The position numbers were made by a program, and so were the translations under genes. This document shows positions 14,297-25,295 of a DNA stretch of 64,000 bases, in pieces (within the stretch, counting starts at the first letter, position 1; the number at the start of each line of letters is the position of its first letter). The DNA lies in the NCBI RefSeq assembly GCF_006345805.1, contig NC_043003.1:68944001-69008000 (forward strand), written 5' to 3'. This DNA is from Octopus sinensis. Lineage: Eukaryota. The notes below the pieces were generated by a model. It was not told where the DNA came from, searched no databases, and saw only the letters and a list, made by a program, of their open reading frames with translations.

Positions 14297-15479
14297 GTCC
14301 GTGCGTGTATTCATAAATACAGCTATTAACGTGTATGTGCGTGTTTTTGTGTTGCCTCTGAGTATAGAAAAATATATTTGAATAGATAAGATAGATGCAT
14401 GCGTATATATGATTGAGTGAGGGGATGTTAGTGTATGTGTGTACGTGTGTATATACATATGTACCTCTGTATGTATAAGCAAATTCGTACATACATCACA
14501 CATGCGCACACATATGCATACACCCTCACACACACATATCCACACCTATATCATATAAATATATGTTTATATATATATATATATATAATTTTAAGAACGT
14601 TTGGACGAAGAATATATGCTTCAATTTTTAAATTATTCATAGATTGCAACTTATACATTGACAGCTACTCAATATAATTTTAATAATATTGTTTCTTAGG
14701 GCAAAGCCTTTGGCCTTATCGATATCATCTCGACAATGGAATGGAAACTACAGCTCCACCAGCCACACTAGGACGTTATTCGCCGCAAGTCACTATCGCT
14801 TATCACAGATGAATAACTAGAAAAATGTCCCACAATTTAACATATCTCGGATATATGATAAATAACAAAGATTTATTCGATAGAGTATTATTGATCATGC
14901 AGCTAAATAAAGTTTGTTTTACTGATTCTTTTGTCGTTTCTGACACAACTTCACCATGACGCTATTGACTAAGTTGGTTGGTTATCGGTAAGTTCATTGT
15001 GTTTCCAATAATTCTACTGACATTGTATGTCTATTTCTACAGCGATTCTACATGCAACGTGATTGTTCTTCTAATGCCATTCTAAATCCAGCGCGATCCT
15101 ACATTATCTTCAATTCCACTCCATATTTTCAATGATTTTCTGCTACAAATATGAGTCTAATCACATTATTATTATGCTTACACTGTATTTCGACTATTTT
15201 GTATCTGTCAATCCAAATTTTATTCCAGTATCATTGACTTCTAATTCGATTCCACTTTCGCAGTAATCCCCTTCCAATATAATACTATTTCTAATATGGT
15301 TTTAGATCCACCGAGAATCAAATTCTATGATCCTGCTGCCAATGTGATGCCATTTTTAATATATTTATACTTCTAATATAATTTTGTTTCCACTTCCAAT
15401 ATGATTCCATTGTGTTTGTGTTTCCACATCCAAAGAGATATTGCTTTCAATACAAATTCTATTTTTGATGTGATCCTGG

Positions 15480-15700
15480 TGAAGTCGCCCGTCGCAAATG
15501 ACTGATGATTTGTCTCCCGTGATCCATCCATCCAATCGACATTGCCTGTACAGTGGCACAGTGTGCCACACGTCGGGTGACCAAGCGATCGTAATGCAAC
15601 ATGAAATGAAATGTTTTTCTCAAGAACACCACGCACCTGGAATCAGACCAGGATCTTGCGATCGTGTGTGCATCGCCCTAACTACAAGGTCACACGATTT
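15480..15700 (-). mobile_element. SINE family B
   Basis: tRNA-like head followed by GTTCTTGAGAAAAACATTTCATTTCA. Confidence 0.65.
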
Positions 15701-16031
15701 CGAACACAATGTGACCCTAATTCTTGTATAATAGTTCTTCCCCTGTGATTCTCCTTCCAGTATGATCCAATTTCCTCTGCGAAATATAAATGGGTTGTAT
15801 TTTTAAAATCATTTTGTGGTCGATTGTAGTTATTTTCGCCGCGATTCTACAAGTACCGGGATGCAGTTTCAAATATTCTGCTGCTGTTCGAGGTAGCTTT
15901 GAAAATAGAACGTTTATAAATGAGGAAAATGAGATTCCTACATAACATTCAGATGTAGAACAATTTGGTCAACAGTGGTACATAACAATAAAGAAATGTT
16001 TAGGTAGAAGAGCATTCTCGCAAGCTGCAAG

Positions 16032-16073
<42 letters not shown>

Positions 16074-16126
16074 TATATATATATAATATATATATATATA
16101 TGTATGTATATATATATATATGTATG

Positions 16127-16157
<31 letters not shown>

Positions 16158-16164
16158 GTATGTC

Positions 16165-16452
16165 ACGTGACCGTGACCGACCAGACCATCAGATGTTGTT
16201 ACACATCGCTGGTCACAATGCGTTCGCATTGTTTTAGCCTTCGAATGACGCCACCCCGCTGGCTAAGCGAGCAGGCCAACAGAAGAAAGAGTGGGAGAAA
16301 GTATGGTGAAAGAGTACAGCAGGGATCACCACCCCCTGCCGGAGCCTCGTGGAGCTTTTTAGGTGTTTTCGCTCAATAAACACTCACAACGCCCGGTCTG
16401 GGAATAGAAACCGCGATCCTACGACCGCGAGTCCGCTGCCCTAACCATTGTG
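16165..16452 (-). mobile_element. tRNA-derived SINE, family C
   Basis: GGTTAGGGCAGCGGACTCGCGGTCGTAGGATCGCGGTTTCTATTCCC head plus body. The same head occurs at 42203-42291. Confidence 0.85.
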
Positions 16453-16729
16453 CCTCCACATGTATGTATATATATATATATATAGCAAAAGACGAAGACG
16501 GGTGTGTAAAAAAAAAACAGATGTATTAGTTTAACGCTCGGGAAGTAAGAAAGTATTTTGTTTCGACAGAAGGAACGCAGAAATAAACAGGGAGAGAAAC
16601 TAGAAAAAGTTTTAGTGGCTAGCGATCTATCATGGCGAATGCCTGACAGAGCGGGTGACACAGGAGGGCTATGAAGAAGGGGAGATAATAAAGTATATAT
16701 ATATATATATTCCTTTCCCATCGCTCTTC

Positions 16730-16760
<31 letters not shown>

Positions 16761-17004
16761 CACACATGGCAACAATGACTGAATGTCTTTCCATTTCTTG
16801 TGTTAGCACTTCATGTGGCAGAGGAAATCTCAAAGAAATAAAATCCTTTTAGATGTTTGAAAGAAAGTCATATACTGATAATTCAGTGTCCTCAAATATC
16901 TCTCGCAGGTCCCTGTATATTGATCAGGTATATATTTATTTCAAAATCACAGCCAGTACATGAACATACGATAGATAAGCATCCAGTCAACTTTCAATTC
17001 TTGG

Positions 17005-17266
17005 CAACGTAATGGTGTCCTTGAGCAAGACACTTTATTTCACGTGGCTCTTGTCCACTCAGCTGGCAAAAATGAGTAGTACCTGTATTTCGATGAGTCA
17101 GCCTTGTCACACACTGTATCACGCTGAATCTCATTGAGAACTACATTAAGGGTATTCGTGTCTGTGGCGTGCTCAGCCACTTGCACGTTAATTTCGCGAG
17201 TAAGCTATTCTGTTGATCGTTGATCGTATCAGCTGGAACCCTCGTCGTCGTAACTATCGGAACGCT
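17005..17266 (+). mobile_element. SINE family B, 5'-truncated
   Basis: CCTTGAGCAAGACACTTTATTTCAC..GTCCACTCAGCTGG core and tail, ending in a (CT)n(TA)n(GATA)n tract. Confidence 0.8.
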
Positions 17267-17267
17267 C

Positions 17268-17500
<233 letters not shown>

Positions 17501-18162
17501 TACGTGTGTGCCCGTGTGTGTGTTACCAAGACACAGGGAGAGAGATACCAATGTATTATATGTGGGTGTATATTTTTAAATTGATTTTCTAAGATGTTCA
17601 GCTGTATGTGTGCATAATATATGTATCTGTACATTGTTGCATCATACATGGATATACAATGCTTTGGGGGTGAAAAAACTATACATTTAAGAAAAGGAAC
17701 CTGTTTATTTATTCATTCTCTCAATAAAGATGCCAAACAGCCAATGATTTAAACTGCGAGCCTCGGGTTCCAGACAACTCAAAATCCATATCGTAATTGA
17801 TTAATTGCAATATATGTCTATATTATTGCTGAAGGAATATACAAGTTACTATTGCAAAATATGTGTGTGTATGTGTGGGTGTGCGTCTACATACATACAC
17901 ACACACAAACAGACACATACACACACGCACACACATATATATATATGTATGGGGGGTGTATTTATATATATGTATATATATGTATATATATATGTGTGTG
18001 TGTGTGTGTGTATGTGTGTATGTGTGTATGTGTGTGCTGATATTAGAGAAAAAAGAACAAAAAAGCAAGGTAGGACCAGTATCTCAAGTCATTTACAATA
18101 TTTAATTAGTGTAAGGTAAATTTGAGGCACTTAACTAATTAATTAGTTAATTAATCGTTAGG

Positions 18163-18234
18163 TGTTTTACAGCTGTTTCTGAGCTATGATAGGTTAGCAT
18201 TTCCATACACTGGGTATTCCGTCATCAGAGACAA
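18163..18234 (-). ncRNA. Degenerate hammerhead ribozyme motif
   Basis: Minus strand reads TGTCT-CTGATGA-(42 nt)-GAAA-CAGCTG-TA-AAACA. The core is intact, helix I has one C-A mismatch, and the base of helix II does not pair. Confidence 0.6.
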
Positions 18235-18289
18235 TGTATGTAGGAAAGTTCTAGGCTAGGAATTCACAGTTTATAAAGGAATAAAATAG

Positions 18290-18530
18290 TAGAGAGAAGA
18301 ATAAAGAGTAAAGCAGTAGAAAGGAGAATAAAGAATATAGCAGTAGATAAAAGAATATTGATTAAAGCAGTAGATAGGAGAATAAAGCGTAAAGCAGTAG
18401 ATAGAAGAATAAAGAGTAAAGCAGTAGATAGAAAAGTAAAGAGTATAGCAGTAGATAAAAGAATAAAGATTTTAGCAGTATATAGGAGAATAAAGAGTAA
18501 AGCAGTAGATAGCAGAATAAAGAGTAAATA
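18290..18530. repeat. ~27-bp minisatellite
   Basis: AGAATAAAGAGTAAAGCAGTAGATAGG-like unit, about 8-9 copies. Confidence 0.85.
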
Positions 18531-19094
18531 ATGGGATAAGTGCAGGAAAGAATGAATGAGAGCGAAATTAATAAGATGCCTATATTATTATATATGCCTA
18601 TAAAATGCCTATATTATTCTTCATTAGGGCCGTTTGGCGGGGTGAGAGGTCAGACGTTCAAATTTTGGTAAAGTGGAGGAGGAAGGCATTTATGGTTATT
18701 AATTAAATTGGTGAATTCTAGGTTAAGTGTTGTCATAAAGAATATTTAGTTCAGTGATCAGTAAGTATTTTAATCCTATAGATATACTCCCTTAATTTAG
18801 GCATCTATTTTTAACTATTTTTAGCTTTCTTACTGACCACTGAACTAAATATTCTTTCTGACCACACCGAACCTAGAATTCCTTTATTTAATTAATAGCC
18901 ATAAATGCCAAAACCTTAACGCCTGCTCTCACCCCGAAACGACCCAAACGAAGACTAATACTGGCATCTTATTTCTATCTTTATTTTTTTTATTTTTCTC
19001 CGTTGATTTGTATTTTACTTTCGGTTTCTTTGCCACACGTATCTCATTCCTTTCTTTTCTCTGTTTTTCTCACTCTATATACTCTCATGGACCA

Positions 19095-19400
19095 TTTTCG
19101 AGTCCAAAGGGCAGCTGATTTACACAATACAACGTGTGGTCCCACGCAACAATATCTGGCCGGTTGTGTTTTAATTTGGTGGATATTATAATTTTTAAGT
19201 CCTACTAATATTCTTTTGACCATTTGGTTTCGATGTAGTCACCTTCGTCTCCAGGAGTTCTCTTTTTTATGTTGTCCTCTTCCAGTCTGTTCTGCATCAC
19301 GCCTCTTGGGAAGATAATATCTGGAAGACATTCACTCGCAGTCAGCAATAATGCGCTTGATGTCTTCAGTCTTGATCTTGCACAGCCTACATTTGCTGTC
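19095..19400 (-). mobile_element. R4/Dong-like RLE non-LTR retrotransposon fragment
   Basis: Minus strand gives DSKCRLCKIKTEDIKRIIADCE*MSSRYYLPKRRD (decayed CCHC knuckle plus the RHD position) and KHNRPDIVAWD (RLE PD motif). Confidence 0.75.
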
Positions 19401-19883
19401 CGTCGAATGTATGTATATTTGTATGCATCTACACACGCGTTCGCATAAAATTGGTGTGTCATTAGACATATTATTTCGCACCTCTTTCTATGACACTTAA
19501 ATGCCAAGGCCAAGTTGTTGTTTGTGGCTCATACACAAACGAAGGTATACGTAAGGCAGTAGAGAGTGATTTCAAGAAGTGACTACTTTTTCTGGTTGTC
19601 AAACTAGCACAAAGATGATTTATTGCAGGGATCATTAATGAAATCAATATGAATATTGTTAAACATTGCACTTCAAACAATCGCTTTGTCGTGTATCTTC
19701 GTAACAATAATGAACGTAACCATTATTTAAGACAGCTTAATTCATGTTATTTGTGTTTTATCAGTTTTATCAGCACGACCAGGGGCCATGTTCTTTTCAA
19801 ATATTGTTTGAACGGATGTAGCATGTTAAGCTTTAACATTTTATATATATGTATGAATGAATGAATGTATTTATGTATGGATG

Positions 19884-20178
19884 TGTTGTAAAGTGGGTTC
19901 CTCCGACTGATGTGACGTATAACTGCCGTTGTCCTGTAGTTGCTGTTTTACGCTAGTAGCCACAATAGTTACTAGTCAGCGGATATCGTTGTATCTTTTG
20001 GTACCGGAATAGTAATACACTAACTTCTGTCTTACTACCGCTGATAGATCCACAAGACACTGGCTAGAACGGTCGACTTTTGACTCTATCTCTCTTGACG
20101 ACCGGCTACTGGTCTATTTATGATGGCTGACTCCTACCACTTTTTACCGGGAGGGGTATACAGTTTCACTACACGACA
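19884..20178. mobile_element. Possible solo LTR
   Basis: A 295-bp non-repetitive block with TGTTGT...ACGACA termini, flanked by GGATG/GTATG (4/5 match, TSD-like), inside an ATGT microsatellite. Confidence 0.4.
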
Positions 20179-20299
20179 GTATGTATGTATGTGTATCCGT
20201 ATGTATGTTTGTGTGTGTATATATGATTATCTGTGCATGTGTTTATCAATGTGGTCATGCGTGTAATCAAACAAGACTCTACATATGTTTGTTTGCAAA

Positions 20300-20546
20300 A
20301 GATAAAATTACTGTCTCGAGTACGGTTAAACGCCGGTTTCCATGGCGTTCAACTGAACGAGCTCATAACACAACCATTCAACGGGACGGCAATCTATCGC
20401 AGGGTTACTCTTTTACCACTGAGTGAATTGGAGAAGAATGAAAGGAAGTGTTTGTTCAAGAACACAACGCACCGGCTACTCCGGGAATCGAAATCAGATC
20501 GCAAGATCGTCAGTGTAACACTCTAACCACTGACTCATGTGCCTTT
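20300..20546 (-). mobile_element. SINE family B
   Basis: Head with TCAGTGGTTAG and TTCGATTCCC, then the shared core. Confidence 0.75.
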
Positions 20547-21379
20547 AGGTTTGTATGTACGGGTATGTAATATGAAACTGAAAGAAAACATCATTCAGAC
20601 TTCAAAGGTCATTGTAAAGCTGCAGAAATATTTATTGAAAGACGTGAAGTGGAAATTTATCAATAGAATTTGATGCTTGCAATACATTTCGGATACGATA
20701 ATGAATAATTACTATCGGATAAAGTGAGAAATAATGTCACGAATATTGCAAGAAAGAAGGAAAGTTCTTAACTTTACATATAATATTTCAAAATATATTC
20801 AAACAGCTCATAATTCAAGAGGGAAAAAACTCAGGTTCCCAACTGGACGACAGGAAAGTTGGAGCACGGAAACTGTGAACATTTCTGTTAAAATATATTA
20901 AAGAATAATCTAGATTTACGTACTGAGTTCTATAATTAATCACTTCTCGCTCATTCAACAGATATTCAAATAGATATATATATAAACTTAAATAATCGGA
21001 AAATGGAGACAACTTTAGATCAACAAACAAACAAGTTGGACCACATCTGTGGATTATTCTTTAATACAAAACATGACATAACATTTATGTCACATGTCAT
21101 ACTTTGTATTAAGAATAATCCACAGATGTGGTCCAACTTGTTTGTTTGTTGATCTAAAGTTTTCTCCATTTTCTGTTTATTTAAATTTGATTCCTGATAA
21201 ACTTTTGTTTATTCTGTTGTCATCTGTATCCTACGAGCATAGTGTGCCTTCATACCCGTGCCCTGGGATAGTATAGGCAACTAATACCGATAGCAAATTC
21301 GGATATGTTATCTCTTAGTCAGTTACTATAACCGCTAACTCTGCTTACCTTTGGTATTTATATACATATATATATATTA

Positions 21380-21426
<47 letters not shown>

Positions 21427-22479
21427 ATATATACATGTATATGCATGTGTGTTTGTGTGTGTAAGTATGTAAACATACGGGATGACAGAGATAAACACGG
21501 ATGCGCTCGCATACAAATATGATTTCAAATATACTTAAGGCATGTTCGAACGCATAAGAATGTTATTCACTGTATTTTGCTTTTGGAGAAAATTGCTCGC
21601 TGTAGAGAAATAGGTGTAAATACACCGAGTCAGTTCACAGCGTTCCCTAACCAGATTGTGGGTCGTATGCATTTCGGAGTGGTTATCTCTTCCTCAACAA
21701 CAGAGACCGAGAAAGGCAAACGCTGCGAACTGACACGAGAGACAAGTCCCCCTTATGTTATTCCCGTCATCGTTTAATGACTGGTGGTGCTATACAGCAG
21801 CTCCCCTTAAATAAAATGCGGGGCGACAGCGCTAAGCAGAGATATGTATACATACAAACTTGTTACCATTTTAAATATACTGGAGGTATATTTGAAACTG
21901 TAAGAAAGCTATTCACTGCCTTTTGAACACAAGTTGCTTATAAACAATTCTTTCATCTTTCAATGTACGTATAGATGTAAGTATGTACACACACACATTC
22001 ATACACATACACACACACATACCCAGACACAAATATATATGTATATGTGTTGCAATGTGTATGTGTATAAATACATATACGCATTATATATGTATGCACG
22101 TATGTATGCACCAAAGTATGTAAGTGACTATGTATGTTTGTGTGTGAGTATTTAATGATATTGGACGAAAACATTATTGTTATTCAGAGTTCAAAGGACA
22201 AACTGAAGCAACATTTATGTATATTAAAAGGGGAGAAATGAGAATTTATGAATGGAATTTGAAGGGAATATATTTCAAATAAAGTTATGAATAATTATTA
22301 TAAAGATAACAAAGATGTAGACAAGGTTACGAATATTACAGAGCTATTGCAGTTATTCATTGCAAATCATAAACGATAAGTCATCGTTTACTTTTCTAAA
22401 TGACAAATATGTTGTTTCGGCAAAAATCATGTAATTTCTCTGCGAAATGATCCGGGTTCTATCGAATGCCATAAAGTTT

Positions 22480-22870
22480 CCACCTGGTATTGCTTCTGCG
22501 AATTCGATGTACATAGGATGTGAAGATGCAATATGTATTCCGTTAATATATGTAAGATTTAACTGTTTGAGAGGGCTTATGCGTGTATGTATGCGTATTC
22601 TTGGGCTAATCTAAATAACGCTAATTCCATATAAAATGTTATGGTTAGTATGGTTAGTATACCACTTGGTTCTAAATACGTTACAAATAGTGCCACAATC
22701 GTTAAATGGTTTTGTCCACTCCTTTGTTCTTTAGATGCCAAGCATACCGTGACAAAGTAGTGCATTTCCCTGTGCGATTGTATCTGAAAGAATAGGTGCC
22801 TGTTGAATGAGTTACTGGTAAGTCTAACATGCGTTTTCCGTAACATTTATAGCACATCATCAACTTTATG
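22480..22870 (-). mobile_element. Penelope-like GIY-YIG remnant
   Basis: Minus frames give CTTLSRYAWHLKNKGVD, matching the T.LS.YIW.LK motif also seen at 63566-63960. Confidence 0.55.
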
Positions 22871-22929
22871 CACCGCTTGCTAGTATAACGACTCAATATG
22901 CAGCTAATTATTGTACACGAACAATTTAC

Positions 22930-23300
22930 TATGAGTAAAATTATATCTAATTACTCCTCTAACAATCAATGCTTAACAACTTATAGAACCGACATAGAAA
23001 TTATAAAAAAAAGAATTTTCAGTCACATCAAAAGTTCACTCGATATGTACATCAAGGGGAAAAATCTAGGGGAAAAATCTATTTCATGGTCAAAGTAAAA
23101 TGAGTTTATAAAATACAAAAGAATAACGAATAGAAAATCCTACCACCAAGTATACTGAAACTGGAAAGATAAAACCCTTAAACGGTTACCTTATGCACAA
23201 TTGAGACGGTTGTGAAGATCGCCTTGAAGACCAATATTTTGCATAAGAGTAAAGAAGTGTTTTCTTCTTTGCACAAAAGAAAACACATATCAAGCCTTTA
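22930..23300 (+). mobile_element. Penelope-like GIY-YIG remnant
   Basis: Translates to KIISNYSS....YRTDIEIIKK and later LCTIETVVKI....ILHKSKEVFSSLHKRKH (C..E..I..LN...E....C.H..KH pattern). Confidence 0.5.
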
Positions 23301-23454
23301 AACATACACCCTTTGCGGTGGAACACTCCTATCGTACGTGTCTGTAACTAGATAACTTAAGTCGGCATATAAAGGTTTTTTTGTGAGACATGCACTTACG
23401 AAGACATTAGTTACACGCAGATGGCGAGAAAAATCATCGCTTCCAACCTAGGGC

Positions 23455-23655
23455 TTAGCAAAGATTAAGGCGATCAAAATACTTAGGCGTATTTCGTTCA
23501 TCTTTACGTTCTGAATTCAAATTCTGCCTAGGTCGGTTTCGCCAGTCATCCATTCGGGGTCGATAAAATAAGTACCAATTGAGGACATAGATTGATGCAA
23601 CTGACTTACCTCTTCTTCCTTAAATGCTGGCCTTGTTCTAGAATTTGAAACCAAT
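23455..23655 (+). mobile_element. SINE family D (Deu/Nin-type core)
   Basis: GAATTCAAATTC B-box-like motif and CATCCATTCGGGGTCGATAAAATAAGTACC, resembling the Deu/Nin SINE core (recognised from memory). Confidence 0.7.
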
Positions 23656-24822
23656 ATAAGTCAAAGATACTTGAAATCTAAATTTTATTGCAGACGTCGA
23701 ATAGTTCAAATTTAACTTAAATTCACATGTAGCCGAGTTAACTGCATAGAATCACCCGTTATTGCACCCTTATATTTAAGCATCTCCAGACTTAACAATA
23801 GTAGCCGCTCAAACATGTTCAGTAAAAACTACGCTTCACAGTCCTAGTTAGGATGCCTCGGCTGAGTAATTATTTCGTCAGTGGAATTTTGATAGATTGC
23901 AATTATGCAATACGCTGATTGAGATAAACAAGAATACTCAATACAGGATTTAGAGTATGGTTATTAAATTTATTCGGTTATTACGATTTATATCGCCACT
24001 CAAAGTGTCTGTGTGTGTTTCCTCACACCGTAAATAATGGCGAAAATATTAACATTACAATGAAATTCATGATAGTTTCATAACACGATCGTCCTGTTGA
24101 CCGACAAAAATAGTGTCTGAATAATACATAAATCATGTAATGAGTCAGCAATATTTAAAAATATGGAGAATAGTTCAGCTTTCTAATTGAAATTGAAATT
24201 ATTTAAGATATATAACTTAAATCTTAATAATGATTGGAATTTAATTAAATTAAAGTAAAGTAAATCAAAGTTAAATTTTATCAAAACAAATTAAAATTGC
24301 TGTCCTTTAAATTTCATGAATTAAGATATTCGAGCTATTTCTATCCTTACAATAAAATTTAAACGACAACCGAATAATAATCAAATTTTTAATCACTTAA
24401 TACGTTATTATGTTAAGACATTAAATACATCACACAACTCGTTCTCTGTAACTCTGTTCATGTGACCCAGTTACTTTCAGTAAATTCATGTTCGGCATTT
24501 TAAACACATCTGGTCACGTATACACAAAACAGATTTTAAATTATTTGTTTCTCGTTTAAATTGCATCTCATTAAAATTCGTGTAAGAGAATGCATCTTTT
24601 ATATTACTTCTTATACTTGTTTCTCTCATTGCACTGCGACAATGCTGCGGAAAAACCTCGGAGGGTTTAGTGGAAGAAAATTGTCTGTTACATGTTCAAT
24701 CGCTCCTTTTGCCGAACACTAGTTGCCAAACTGCGAGAAGAGAACAAACAGTAACCCCAAAACACACACGTACATATATATATATTATATATATATAAAT
24801 TGAGTGGAGCGGGTAAAATCTA

Positions 24823-24905
24823 GGCTACATATGTTTCCTGGCTAGTAGATTTTCAGATGTAATAATTAGTCAAGGTGGTGTACTCGGCCAGTTATTCATC
24901 AGGCC
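24823..24905 (-). ncRNA. Hammerhead ribozyme motif, imperfect helix II junction
   Basis: Minus strand reads GGC-CTGATGA-ATAA-CTGGC...GCCAG-GAAA-CATATG-TA-GCC. Core nucleotides are intact, but there are 4 extra nt before helix II. (TA)n lies about 27 nt downstream and a fold-back IR immediately upstream. Confidence 0.65.
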
Positions 24906-25295
24906 GAAAATATCTTAATTATATGAAGGTTATATTGCCGTTGAGGGATCCCAAATTAAGTCGCCAAAGATAATTTGAAAATTATGTTTTCAGTGAGTTA
25001 ACTTGGGATTCCTTAATGACAATGTAACCTTCATATTATTAAGGTACATTGTGCACAATGTGTGTGGATCCTCATAAGATATCAGTTAGCCCGAGGATAT
25101 AGTAAAGGAAAGACTTGTCGAAGGTGCCAAGCAGTGAGACAGCCCACGAAACCACATGGTTGCAATACAAGTCTCTTAGCCATATAACCATGATTTCATT
25201 CAGACTGAGATAAAAGAAATAAATAATGTCTTGCTTGACTCTGATATGTCCCGCATTATAATGACGTACTTTGTCGTCTGCGTAACTGGCCGAAC

